DNA from: Amphiscolops sp. MND2022
Taxonomy: Eukaryota
NCBI GenBank assembly: GCA_964187785.1
Contig: OZ076409.1
Span: forward strand, 8,744,001-8,808,000
Reading direction: 5' to 3'
DNA length: 64,000 nucleotides
In this document: piece by piece, positions 21,947 to 34,507 of the stretch
Layout: each line of letters starts with the position of its first letter
Position numbering within the stretch: position 1 is the stretch's first letter
Made by a program: the position numbers and the translations under genes
Notes under the pieces: generated by a model
Seen by the model: only the letters and a program-made list of their open reading frames with translations
Database searches by the model: none
What the model was told of the DNA's origin: nothing

Positions 21947-23140
21947 CAATTACTTAGAAGCGTTTTCCTAGTTTCAAGGGTTCTCTTCATGAGATGTTTC
22001 GGCACTGTGAAATTGATAAGAAATTTCTCAATAATTGTTCTTGAGCATATTTAATACTGTTTTTTCCCTTGGTGCCGTCATTGTAGTTTTAGCTCAGTTT
22101 TTAGATTACTTTCTCCTTGTGAAATAATTTTCCAAATAAACTACCCATTTTTGAATTTATTTGCACTTTTTGAGTAAGCTGCTTGTTTTTACAAATCAAT
22201 CACATTTTCTTCTGGTATTTGTATTTCCTATTTAAAGAATTAGGACTTTTTGGTCGCTGGCTTAGCTTTTCGTTTTTTAATGAGTTCTAAAATTCATAAT
22301 TATATCTTCTAATAATCGCAGAGAAATTTCATTTCAGTGATGCGTTTTGTCATCTATTTTTCTGGCCCGTAAACGTTCCTCTATTCTATACGTTTGTCAT
22401 AATTCAATGGAAATGAGCGAAAATGCGTTGTTGCTTACAGTTGCCGCTGAAAATTTAAAATTTTCAGACTTAGGCGGTAACACATTTAGTGCTTGATTCT
22501 GTCAGAATTTCATAGAAAATACAGTCACATGTATAAGGAACTGTAGATATATTAACATATTGGTCTATCTCCGTCATAATTTTCGAAAACTCTCAAGTGT
22601 ATGATGAAGTATAAACGACCACAATATACTTCGTGTCTTTTTATAGTCTGTCGTAGTCGGTACCACATTTGGTGCTTGGTATAACGGCGCTATCTTCATA
22701 TGGCACCATTTATGGTAAGACTTACGATGGTAAGAAACAGACAACATTCGTCATAATAACTGCACTCTGCATTTTGCACGTAACAGCCGAGCGACCTTGA
22801 AGACAAACGTAAATCCGCCTGTCCTTATATGGTAAGCCGCTAGAGCTTGCAAAATGCGAAGAGTAGCCGAGCTGCAAAATCTAAACAGCCGAGCTTGCAG
22901 AGTAGACTTCATTCAAAATCAGAATTGCTTGTCATAATTTATCATCGTTTAATTTCGTGTAGCCGACACGTTTTTTGAAGAAATTAACCGAAGTAAATAC
23001 GTACTGTATATGCAAATTAAGTGCAAAACTGTTGCTTTTATCAAGACATTTGAACTTCAACGTTGTTCGCCTTCGTTTCTACACCGACTGATTACACACG
23101 CTGATTGAGTACGTAATTTTTACAGTCTGGGATTTTACTA

Positions 23141-23504
23141 GGTGAACCAAAAACGGAACGCTCAAAAATTTTGCTCTTCAAAATTGTAATATTTGTAAAC
23201 AAGGCTCAGAAAATTGTCCAGTCAGTTTTTCAAATCGAAGCTCTCATTACGTAATCAAATCTACAACAAAAGATGATTTGAGCCCTAAGTGAAATTGTAG
23301 ACACTACCAGTCATTTTGTTCGCACTTCTTGTGTGCGAAAGATTTTTGACACTCGAATGCGAGAAAGAAATGTTGTCAAATTGAATGTTGTCAAATTGAC
23401 AAGCTGAATTTTAGTGTTCAAAGTTGATTTGAAAAGTTTGTTGACAAATCTTTGACATTTTGAGAGCACAAAAAGTTTTATGCCTTCCGTTTTTTTGGTT
23501 CACC
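23141..23504. mobile_element. MITE, TIR GGTGAACCAAAAA (copy 1 of a tandem pair)
   Basis: GGTGAACCAAAAACGGAA ... TTCCGTTTTTTTGGTTCACC, flanked by TACTA on both sides. Confidence 0.85.
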
Positions 23505-23509
23505 TACTA

Positions 23510-24569
23510 GGTGAACCAAAAAAAAACGGAACGCGCAAATTTTTGCGTCTTCAAAATCGTATTATTTGTAAACAAGGCACTGAGAATCTCTCAATTTTAT
23601 CTTTCAATTATTTTGATTGAAGCTCATATTACGTAATCGGTTTAGTACCATTTCACCCCACGTTCATTTCACCCCATATCATTTCACCCCATGTCATTTC
23701 ACCCCAGGTTCATTTCACCCCAGGTTCATTTCACCCCACGTTCATTTCACCCCCACGTTCATTTCACCCCACGTTCATTTCGCCCCACATTTAAATTATC
23801 AAATGCGTCTCAGATTAATTACTAAAGCAACCCAATTTCAATCTTAGCGCTAATAGAAAAGCGTCTTGAATTACCAATTAGATAAGCAAACGATGCTTTC
23901 TATGTGAACCACAAACTCGGAACCGAATAGTTTCATTTATCGGAATTGTAATACTTCTGAACAAGGCGCTGAAAAAAAATCATTTTTCTTCTGTCAATCA
24001 AAATTTACAATTATGGATGTTGCGAATCTGCAGCGAAAAATTTCCTATTCGGTGTTTCTTCGGCAAAAAAACTCTACAGGCCAGAAACTGACAATCAAAT
24101 CAAAGCTGACTCAAAAACAGTAGGCATCAAAGTTTAATTGCTAATTGGTTAATTAAGGCGAGACGCTTCTGTATAATTTTAATATGGTGTGAAATGAAAA
24201 TGGGGTGAAATGAATGTGGGGTGAAATGATTGTGGGGTGAAATGAATGTGGGGTGAAATGAACGTGGGGTGAAATGAATGTGGGGTGAAATGATATGGGG
24301 TGAAGTGATATGGGGTGAAATGATTTTGGGGTGAAATGAACGCACACCTACGTAATCACATCTCTAATCAAAGATGGTTTGAACCATCAAAAATAGTCTA
24401 GACGTCTATACCAGTCATTTCGTTCTCACTTTCAATGTGCAAAAGCATTTTCGCTTCTAAGAAATGTACCATATTTGAATGATTGACAGGAGCTTCGAAA
24501 CGTTTGTTGACAAATATTTGGAACTTTGAGAGCTCAAAAAATTTTGTACGTTCCGTTTTTTGGTTCACC
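23510..24569. mobile_element. MITE, TIR GGTGAACCAAAAA (copy 2), interrupted by a foldback element
   Basis: Same TIRs and homologous interior as 23141-23504. Confidence 0.85.
23639..24348. mobile_element. MULE/foldback-type element with tandem subterminal repeats and 9-bp TSD
   Basis: CATTTCACCCCA arrays on the left, inverted TGGGGTGAAATG arrays on the right. GG...CC ends. TSD TACGTAATC at 23630-23638 and 24349-24357. Confidence 0.88.
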
Positions 24570-24628
24570 TAGCAGTAGCACTTTTTTAGCAGTTTTCGAG
24601 ACGTTACTTTCGCTGCAAGTGTTCAAAA

Positions 24629-24884
24629 ATGTCGATGAGTGGGGCGACCATTACCGAGGAGTGTTTGAAGGATTACATGGCTCTCAAGATGGACAAAAAG
24701 GTGAGATACGACTACCAGCTGATCGAGTTGGTCAAACCCGAGTACAAACACCTGGAAACGAACCGGCTGCAGGAACACGATGAGTCATTGAGCAACAGGG
24801 AGAGTTTCGAGAAGATGAAGACAACCCTGGAACAGGACAAACCGCTCTTCATTGTGTTCACCTTCAAGTATACCAATCAGGATG
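24629..24884 (+). CDS. ADF/cofilin-family actin-binding protein, coding exon 1
   Basis: MSMSGATITEECLKDYMALKMDKK...PLFIVFTFKY resembles the ADF-H N-half. Donor G|GTGAGT at 24885, phase 1. Confidence 0.85.
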
Positions 24885-24891
24885 GTGAGTC

Positions 24892-25608
24892 GATTAGGTA
24901 CCAAATAACATTAGAGCAAATAAAATAACAAGACGGGAACGTCTAAAGTCGGCGCTATATCTAAGGCTCAAAAAGCGCAAAGTTTTTAAAATTGTAAAAG
25001 GGGGAACCCGTTCGATTTTTTGAAAATCCAGTTTGTTGCAAAATATCAAAAAACTTGAAGGGGACGCTTTAGCGACAAAAAAAGTCGAAAAAAGTCGCAC
25101 AATGCCGAAAAAAAATCAAAGGGGGACCCTATTGTCCCTTCCGGTTTCGTATCTTTCGTTGAAAATTGAGTACACGAAAGGGGGAAACTTTGCACTAACT
25201 TAGATGCGTTTCCGCTGGCCGGTACAGTAGTTTAGTAGTTCTGTAGAAAAAGTATCCACTACGCATATATTCTGTTGTCTGACGAAAAAAGAAAAAAACT
25301 TGCCACTGTAATAGCCGGGCTTATTTGGTTAAAATGCGCCGACTAAAAATGAAATGAGTCCAATTTAACATGAAAATGGAAAAAGTTTCATAACATAAAA
25401 AGAAAACCGAATACCCTGTTAAACCATCGGACTGACGAAATTTTATCTGTAATTTTTATATTTTTTGTCAGTGAATCTTTTGAATTGTGAATGCTTTTGA
25501 CTATTAGAACGTTCTCGTAAACAATTTTATTTTATATGTTCAATACTCATTTCGTATGTGTTATTTGAAACTAATTTTTATTTGCTCGTGTTTTTTTTAA
25601 AATCCACC
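24892..25608. mobile_element. MITE (family of 14785-15070) with a nested HINE, inserted at the cofilin splice donor
   Basis: Starts GAT, ends CACC. Interior homologous to 14785-15070. TSD GGTGAGTC at 24884-24891 and 25609-25616. Confidence 0.75.
24927..25349 (-). mobile_element. HINE/DINE-1-like copy
   Basis: Reverse-complement termini AACAAGACGGGAACGTC...AGTCGGCG and CGCCGACTAAAAA. Confidence 0.7.
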
Positions 25609-25659
25609 GGTGAGTCACCTTGTTCACTGTTATTGGGTCAGGCGTGTACGAATCTAGGA

Positions 25660-26143
25660 AAACTCGTCGATAACAACTGGTCGAAAATACAATGCGTCAA
25701 ACTCGTCGAAAAACAACTGCTCAAAAATATAATGCGTCAAACTCGTCGAAAAACAACTGGTCGAAAATACAATGCGTCAAACTCGTCGAATAACAAATGG
25801 TCGAAAATACAATGCGTCAAACTCGTCGGAAAACAACTGGGCGAAAATACAAAGCGTCAAACTCGTCGAAAAACAACTGGTCGAAAATACAATGCGTCAA
25901 ACTCGTCGAATAACAAATGGTCGAAAATACAATGCGTCAAACTCGTCGGAAAACAACTGGGCGAAAATACAAAGCGTCAAACTCGTCGAAAAACAACTGG
26001 TCGAAAATACAATGCGTCAAACTCGTCGAAAAACAACTGGTCGAAAATATAATGCGTCAAACTCGTCGAAAAACAACTGGTCGACAATACAAAGTGTCAA
26101 ATTCCTCGAAACCCAACTGGTCGAAAATACAATTCGTCAAATC
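25660..26143. repeat. 40-bp minisatellite, ~12 copies
   Basis: Unit AAACTCGTCGAAAAACAACTGGTCGAAAATACAATGCGTC, head-to-tail, with a 120-bp higher-order pattern. Confidence 0.95.
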
Positions 26144-26149
26144 GCTTGA

Positions 26150-27300
26150 TTTTGAGTTTGGATTTGGGGTTGTACTGCCGTGGCTACTAGATAGGTTTTG
26201 ATACGGCGTTTGGACTGGGTTGAAATTATCTTTAGTGTACTGACCTTGTGGTGGTATGGGTATTATTATTTGATGGATTGGTTTTGGGTGTCTTCCACCA
26301 TTGTGGACTACTGGCCCAGTTTGCTCATAAGTAACACTCGTGGGTTGTGTGACTCTTTCCGCATGTTCCAAATGGGTCAGCGATCTTGTTTAGGACTCGA
26401 TAGTGTGTTTCGCGTTTCTCGGGCCGTTCTCCGGCAGTTTTTGATGACATGGCCAGAGTGTCCACATCCATAACATGGTCCCGCTGGTTCGGGTGCATTT
26501 TGTGGTTGTTGTGGGCCTTGTACATCGATTTGATGTACTCCGGTGATGTTGGTTTTGATGGGAGCTGACAGGCCGCGAGATTGTGGTACTGGTCCAAGAA
26601 ATCAAGAAATTTTTGACGGGAACGCTCAAAATGGAGGTGCTCCCACTACAAATTGGGGGCCGTTCATATCAAAAGCGAAATGTTGTGATTTCCTTAAGGC
26701 TGGCACGTTTTGTGTCAGTCATATTTCGATATGTCTGTAGGGCATCTTATCTGAAGAGGGAGTGAAAGTAGTGTATCTACTCTTCTTTGGATATTTGGAG
26801 ATATCCACTCTTCTTGGAGATTTCTGGATACACTTTGAGGCTTTTCATGAAGAGGTCTTCGAAGTGCTGAATATTGTCGTTGCGTCCGTCAAATGTAGGC
26901 ATTGTTGTCGACAAAGCTTATGGCAGTGTGGAAAGTCCTGGATTTTGTTGGGTCACGTTTTTGAGGGATTCTATGAGTTTCTCAACTATGTCATCTGGAT
27001 CTTTGTGGTTTGGGGTGACAAGCTTGACCATCTTGTTGTGTCGTGGGGTACGTTTGCTCCTGTCACCGTGTAATGACCCCCGGGTCAAGTCAGTTTCCGT
27101 TTCTCAATCCTAACTGTGCAAGAGATGTTCTTGCATGGAGCGGTCCGTATTCTGGTTCAATGTGCTAGTCTCCCTTTCAGTTAATGAGTCTTATTTGGAG
27201 GACAAGTTTTCTCGGTCATTTTCAAGATCTTATTTTATTCTCAGTTTCTTTAGTCCCCTTTCCAACTGACTTTTCAACATTGAGTGATTTCAGAAAAGTC
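26150..27300 (-). pseudogene. Degenerate gag-like retroelement fragment with CCHC knuckle(s)
   Basis: Minus strand reads CYGCGHSGHVIKNC (CX2CX4HX4C) and CGKSHTTHEC. Many stops and frameshifts; boundaries approximate. Confidence 0.6.
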
Positions 27301-27759
27301 CTGAGATGCTGGGTAGATCTAACGTTCTGAGAAAGGACGTTTCTGGTTACTCTTGAAATGTATCATTTGGACTAGCGAACATAATTATATTAAACACCTC
27401 TTCTTATATGAAGACAGTATTGCCGTATATCTGCCTTTTTGACGTTATTTCCGAAGTAAATTGCCTTTTACTAAGGAGTCAAATGTGGTTTGGAAATAAT
27501 GCACCCATCTTTGAAATGGCCCCCTTTTTTTCGGCACTGTGAAATTGAGAATTTGTTCGAAAGAGAACCCTCCTACGATTTGCAATACTTTCGCTTTTTG
27601 AACCTTAAGCAAAGCCCTGACTCATGCCGTTCCCGGCTTTGTACTCAGTATTCTTCTAAAAATCGTCCCAGAACAATCAATTTTACGCTTTATAAGGGGC
27701 TTCTGTGCAATTCTCACTGCTTGCTTCCACGGATCCAAGTTTTCCATTGTTCTGGTTTG

Positions 27760-28234
27760 TTTTTAGTCGGCGTTTCATGAAGTGAAACGCGACTATACTA
27801 ATGTCTTTTTATTCCACGTGAACTTACCAAAATAGTTCTACAAAGTTCTACCAAATTTTAATGTGCCAAATTGGACACTTTGGCCCAAGGAACTTAACCA
27901 AAAAAGTTGTTCCTTCTTTCAGCGTAGCATACAATACCGGGCGAGACTAAAGGGCCCCCTTTTAGTTTTTTTCGGCATCATGAGATTTTTTTTGGAATTT
28001 TTTTATCTCTCCAAAAGGTCCCTATCAAAATTTTTTTGTTATTTTGCAAGAGAATGGATGTTGAAAAATCTCAAAGGGTCCCTCCTCTTAGCGCGCCAGT
28101 GACCCGTGCGCGCCAGTTCGGCCCAACTTTCAGGTTTTTCGGGTACCGTGGAAGAAAATACCTGGCCTTTTGAAGTCCTTGTGCTATTTTTCAGCCTTAG
28201 GTATGGCGCCGACTTATGCTGTTCCCGGCTGATT
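27760..28234 (+). mobile_element. HINE/DINE-1-like copy
   Basis: TTTTAGTCGGCG ... ATGGCGCCGACTT...GTTCCCGGCT. Confidence 0.7.
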
Positions 28235-28712
28235 CAGTTTTCCAGTGGTCCATATGTTTGATCATAGATGGAATATCATGATCGAACATCTTTGTGATTT
28301 TAACACATTGAGTGACTGTTTTTTTCTTCGAAAAAGCTATGCAACGCCACGTTTTCTTGATCCAAACTGGGCCAATTAACTCAAACTACAAATCACAGGC
28401 TCCCGCTAAAGGTTTTTCGAACGATTGAGTGAAAATATGTGATCTCTTCCACTGTGTCCCCCTATAAAAAAGGAAGGACAAAGTGAAACGCCTATATGTA
28501 TGAAGCACGATGTATGAGGTATGAACGCTTCTGATCGGCTGAGTGGAGGTTTGCAAATGGAAACGAATACAGGGGGGGCATAGTGAAAGAGATCCAAAAT
28601 ATGAAAAGAACGATCTTTGAATTCATTGAAATGAAACATCTTCTGCAAATTTGCATCATTCATAATTGGTTGTTTGACCTGAAGAAGAAAACAACCTTAT
28701 TTCTGTGTTTAG

Positions 28713-28921
28713 GTGCGAATGCTGGCAAACTGGCCTTCATCTCGTGGATCCCCGACGACTGTTCAGTGAAGCAGAGGATGGTGAATGCCGCCTGCAAAGT
28801 CTACCTCAAGAACAAGTTGGAGGGAGTGGCCGAAGACGGTATCCACGCGACCTCCCTATCTGACCTTGACTACGACGAAATCCTCACCACCGTGTCCAAG
28901 AGAAAGGCCAAGCTGAACTGA
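28713..28921 (+). CDS. ADF/cofilin-family protein, coding exon 2 (to stop)
   Basis: Acceptor TTTAG|GT, phase 1. KLAFISWIPDDCSVKQRMVNAACK...LEGV...IHATSLSDLDYDEI matches the ADF-H WxPD...KM motif. Spliced CDS is 465 nt, 154 aa. Confidence 0.88.
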
Positions 28922-28948
28922 AGTAGTGATGATATTAAGAGCAACATT

Positions 28949-29432
28949 TAACAACCCGGGACCGGCCCAAGTCGGCGCCATATCTAAGGCTCAAAAATAG
29001 CGAAAGGACTTCAAAATGTTAAAGTGTTGGTGAATCGGGAACCTTTTTATGAAAAATAAATTTTGAAAAAAAGTCTCACAATGCCGAAAAAATGAAAGGG
29101 GGATCTTTGGGATTTTTCAACATCCATCCTATCGCAAAACTCCAAAAAAGTTGAACGGGGGATCCTTTGGCAAAAACTGTTCTCCGAAAAGTCGCACAGT
29201 GCCGAAAAAACTAAAAGGGGGGACCCTTTGGTCTCGTCCGGTATTGTATGTTATGCGGGAAACTTTTTTGGTTCAGTTCCCTGAGCCAATGGAGGCAATT
29301 TGAAATTTTGTAGAATTTTGGTAGAATTATTTTGGTCACTTCAGGTGTATCGAAAATTTTTTAAAATAAAAAAACACTGACGAAAGGCCATGACTATAGT
29401 CGACTCTTATCAAGAAAAACACCGACTAAAAA
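28949..29432 (-). mobile_element. HINE/DINE-1-like copy just downstream of the cofilin stop
   Basis: AACAACCCGGGACCGGCCCAAGTCGGCGCCATATCT ... CCGACTAAAAA. Confidence 0.7.
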
Positions 29433-29559
29433 TAGCAAAAGATAGCGGTCTGAAACAGCGGTTCCGAATTTAATTTTTGGTGTATTACTTTTCCCGTATC
29501 TGTTCTTATAGTGTTTTTGGTTCCGTCAGTTGCTGTTTGTATTTTCCTTTGGAATTTTA

Positions 29560-32500
29560 CTTGTGATTTTTTTCAACAAATTCAAAAAGATATCTAACCG
29601 AAACCTTCTTTTACGGAGATTTTTGGCCTTCGTGTGCTTGCTTCTCTTCTGTCTTTGTTTTGGCCATGACCATATGGTTGGCTATTTTTCCGTCCGCATC
29701 ACGGCCCACATAGATTCGTATTTGCGGTTTGTTTGGTTGTGAAATAGATGTTTCTGACCGATAAATGTTTTTTAGTCTTTAAATTTGTTGTTTAATTCCC
29801 TCCTCGGTTTTCTACCGTGATGTAGTTCAAATGGCGTTCTTTTCAAACCTTTAAAATTAGTGAAACGCATTATTTGAAGCGCTCGGTTTATACTTTCCGT
29901 TACATCGTTCCCTTCTTCAAGGTTTCTTAACTTCAAGTTTTTTTATAGTTTCTATCGCTCTTTCTACCGTTCCGTTTCCCGTATGTAACCGTGGTGTGCA
30001 GTATTCAATTTCTATGTTTCGGTTTCTGCAAATTTCCTTATATTCTTTTGATATAAAGCTCCTCCTTTGTTGGACTTTGTTTTTCCGGGTATTCCGTATA
30101 GGTTGAAGTTTGTCCGAAAATTTGACTTCTATTTGGGCGGTTTTACAGATTTTCACCGTTGGCCAATTACTGAATTGATCTACCGCCATCAAAATTTGTA
30201 TGTCACTGTCTTTCTTTTGATTATGTAATTCTAATTTTCCGGTAAAGTCAATTTATATCTCATGGCCCGGTTCGGTTACTTTTTTCATTTTTCCGTAGTG
30301 GTTACTCGGTAACTGGTATTTTAAACTTTTACCTGATGCGAGGCAGACGATGCAATCTTTGACTTTATGTTTTAAGTCCCGGTTGCTATCCGGCCACCAA
30401 AAAATCTTTGCTTCGGCCAGCATCTTCGTGTTCCCGGCATTACCGAAGTGTACAATGGCTAGTAGTCTTCTTTGGAGATCCACCGGAATTACAATTACAG
30501 ACTGATCGTCCACGAATACAAGTCCCCATCTTTTCGAGAGTTTCTCGAATACCGGCCAGTATCCGTTGTAGTTGTCTCTGTCCACCAGTCTCACGCTTGC
30601 TCTCACTCTCGTTAGCTCGGAGTCGATCGCAAATCTGGATATCAGGCTCTTCAGATCAAGCATGAATTCGAACTCGGCTTTTTAAATTCTCTTTGGTTAT
30701 CTACTTGTTACCGGATAATTTTCCCATGATATGATTGATTTGGATGTAATGGGTTTCCTTGCCCTCCGTATTGAACTTGCTCCAGTCCACTATCCGTAAA
30801 ATTTCTCCCCAGTTGATAACGCTATCTTCCTCCGTTTTCACTTGTTCGGGTTCAATTTCTCCTTCTTCCGGATTTTCGTACTCCTCTATTTCATTTGCGA
30901 TCAGCTGGTAGCCGCCCCCAGCTGGTTTGTGCTTTGCAGCAGCTCGGCATCTCTCTCTGCTATTTGTTCTCGGCTATGTTTATTTGGGCGGGAAGGTGCG
31001 AATGTCGTCCTTTGAGAGTGGGGATCATATCGCCTTCGTAGAGTTGTTGGCCTTGGTAAAGTATTTTCTTGCTCTACAAGCGTTCTTGTCTCCGGGCTTT
31101 TGTTTCACTTCCGCATTATTTCCATAATTTCCCGTGTCGCGCCCCGATGGTAGAAATTTTCTCGGTCCATCACGGTAATTTTCGAATTTGATTTAAGTTA
31201 TTTTTTTTCCAACAAGTTTTGAATTCAGTTTTATTGGATGACTTAAATTTAAAGAGCTCTTTTTGGACTGCCCGAATGTAATTCTTGGACTTTGTTCCGT
31301 TATGTTCACGTTGTTTTTATTCTCGAATATTCAATTGGTTGTTTCGATTCTCATTTTGTTTCTCGGATGTACCATTTTTTCTTTCCGCTGTTTGTTTACT
31401 GTCTTTTGAGTGGTCGGCGAATAGCTGTCCGTATTTCAAGATTAATTTCGCTTGCTCGGATAATGTTAATTACAAATTCATCGTCGTATTTGTCTTCCGG
31501 CACTGCTTCCCCTACCGCTGAGATTTTCGACTGAGATATTCGGTGAATTTCAAATTGCTCCCGCGATGTGTTGTATTGCGATGTCGAAATGTGCTAAACG
31601 GTCTAACCACCGCGTTAGTCTTGCTCTATATTGTTTATTACATCGATTTCGTATCAGGGGTTCTAGTGTTGGCGGTCGGTATACAAGTATACTTTCTTCC
31701 CGTATAAACAAAATCGGAATTTCTCCAGGTTAATAACTCCAGTTCACCTATTGAATATATTTGTTTTCGGTATCGTTCAATTTTCTACCTCCGTACGCTA
31801 TCGGTTTAATAATTCCGTCATCTTGTTTTTGCCATAGAGGGATTCCAAGTCCGGTTTTCCTAGCGTCGGTCGTTACCCTGTTGTCTTTGTCTTTTGCATA
31901 ATGGGCTAGACATGGACCTTTGATTAGCATTTGTTTTATCCGGTCAAAATCCGCTTCTTGTTCCGGTCCCCATTTTTAGGGTTCGTCCTTTTTGAGAAGT
32001 TTTCTCAGCGGGTCTCTCTGTTCCGATAGCTTTGGTAAGAATTTTTCCATGTATTGTATTGCACCGAGAAACAACTTCAGCTCTTTAGTGTTTTCAGGTG
32101 GTTTTTAATATGATTATTGCTTCCACTTTCGCTTCGTTCTGTTTCATACTGTTTTCATCCATTTCGTGTCCGAGCCGTTTTTGTTCATGAAGATTTCGGA
32201 TTTCTTTTTGCTCATTCGGTACCCGGAGTTTTCCAATTTGTTTAAAACGTCAAAGTTTTTTCTTGTTCCTGTTTGTCCCCCGGGTTTCTATTATTATATC
32301 ATCCAACCATGCCAGTGTGCAATACTCTAATAGCCGCTCAATCTTTTCTCGGACTATCGCAGATACATGTGCGAGTCCATAGTCCTTTTTGAATCTATAG
32401 TATCCGCTGAATTTTCCTCTGGTTATTGCAAATACGCATTGTCGGCTTGTTTTGTCTGAATTTTATTCGTCCATAAGCGTGGATCTGGTTGATTTTTGAT

Positions 32501-34290
32501 ATGAAGAATTGTAATGTACGGTCACGGGTTATTTCTACCGAAATTCGGGTCAAAAATTCATGCATATTCGGCATGTGTGGTCGCATGTGTGGTTTGATAG
32601 TTTTCATTTAGTTTCCGTTAATCGAGTGCAATTTTTAGATTTGTCGCTTTTCACTTATCACAACCGGAGGTACGAAACAATCTTCATCTACAGCATTTAT
32701 TTTCTCTAGTTGTCCGGTTTGAATTAGTTTTTCTAATTCCCGTCCGACATCTTGTAGATGTAGTGGTACCGGTCGTGCTTTTTGTAAAAATGGGTATTGT
32801 CCCGGTTTCAGTTGGATGTTCATCTCGGTGTCTTTTATTGTTTCGTTGCTCTTGAACAGTTCCTGAAATCGATTGAATACTTTCTCGCGTTCTGATTGGT
32901 TATTTTCGGCCAGTTGTTTTTTGTCAGTTTGAAAATTTGACAGTTTGAAAATTTGACCGATTGTAAATCTTTTATCCATAGAATATTTTCATCCAGTCCA
33001 TTCCCAGCAAGGGTGTGATATCAGTTTTTTCTGTTACTAGTTTCTCCAATTTTTGGTTATATTCGTATTCGATATCCACCGGAAATTTCCCCCCGGAATT
33101 TTACTTCGTTTTTGTTGACGTCTTGATACCGGTTTGTTACTTTTTGTATTTCGGTTGGTTTTACTATTATTTTGTCTATCGGCATTATTGTTTTTGGGGA
33201 TCCGGTATCAAATATGAATTCTTTTCTCACTCAGTTTAACATGACTGTTGCTGTGTAGTGTTTTTGTTTCTTCGATCTTCCTAATTTCTTTTATGTGATG
33301 TATATTTTCATTTGATTCGACGGATGATTCATTCGTTTCATTCATTTTTTTCGGTTAGTTTTTCTCGCGTTCTGACTGGTTGATTTCGACCAGTTGTATT
33401 TTGTCAATTGGTATTGTCAATGAATGGTTGTTGTCGAGGTTCTGTCTGCATGCTTTTGCGTAGTGTCCTTCCTTACCGCATTTGTTAGTTTACTTTTAAC
33501 GCAAGGCAATTGTGTAGTGGTGTCCAGTTTGAAACACCGCAATATCTGCACGGTCGGGTATTGAAGTTTTTATTTTTCGGTCTGGTTCCGAATCGTTCCA
33601 TTCTTTGTATTGGTTCATTTGCGTTGGCGTGTTTTTCTTTCGGTGATATCAAGGCTTCCTGCATTGTCTTCTTTTTGTTCTTCTCATGCGTATTTTGTTT
33701 TATTAGCTCAATAAGTTTAATCAGTTCTAATGTATATTTTTTCATTATCTTGTCCCGTAATTTTTTTTATCGATGATCGCAGTCATTGTTCGATATCAGC
33801 AATGCTTCAGCCGAGATTGTGTTAAAATTACATTCTTTTTTGATTTCGAGTAGCTGTCTCCAAAATTCTTCAGGTGTTTCCTTTTCCGTCTGCTTCGTTC
33901 AGAAGAAGTCTTCTCAATTATGGTAGGTGTTTTTTTTCGGCATGTAGTATTCGGTGAACAACCGGATCAAGCCTTTAATTTTTACTGTGTCCGGTTCCGT
34001 TTTATATTCGGCTCGCAGTATTTGGTAAGGGGCTTCCGGTGCAACTCCTCCCCAAATAATATCGTTTTGTGTTATTTCTTCTCCTTTGATCAATGGTGCG
34101 ATGTCGATTTTGTGTTCCCGTTTGGAGAATTGTCTAAATCTCTCCAACTACTGTTTCGGTGTGAATTCCGGATTTCCATCGGTGGCCTTTGCTTCTAGGT
34201 TCGGTACGACGTTTCGTTCGGCCATTGTTGGGTCTTTTGTGGTGATAAGTTCGGTACAATTGTTTCAAAAATTGGCTGACTGTGCCAGGT
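29560..34290 (-). pseudogene. Degenerate Ty3/Gypsy gag-pol (related to the 51.7-59.5 kb element)
   Basis: Fragments in order: gag (CRYCG...HNC), RT (QKARPVPLHLQ, AWLDDI), RNase H (TTDARKTGLG), integrase (KIFWWP...C..C, AVDQFSNWP, GNGTVERAI). Heavily mutated. Confidence 0.9.
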
Positions 34291-34507
34291 TGTATTCTAG
34301 GATTAGTCTAAGATAAAACACAGTTTAAAAGTATTCTAAACTTTGTATTGACGATTTGCACTAATGTTTATACCAATCTAAAGTATATCTGTTTACAAAA
34401 AATAATGGTGGTACAGAAGTCTCTTTAATTCAAATTTGTTGGTAAACAACTTGCTAATTGTCTACACCGAAGCGCGGTAAGGTTCATCCGGGATCATCCG
34501 TATTACA
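34291..34507 (-). repeat. Probable 5' LTR of the degenerate Gypsy element
   Basis: On the minus strand it starts TGTAATAC and ends AGAATACA. Followed by PBS-like TGGCACAGTCAG, compare TGGCGCAGTCAG at 51862. Confidence 0.7.

Noticed and set aside
25660..26143. CRISPR-like array
   Set aside because: Head-to-tail 40-bp units with no unique spacers, no cas genes, and an intronic eukaryotic context.
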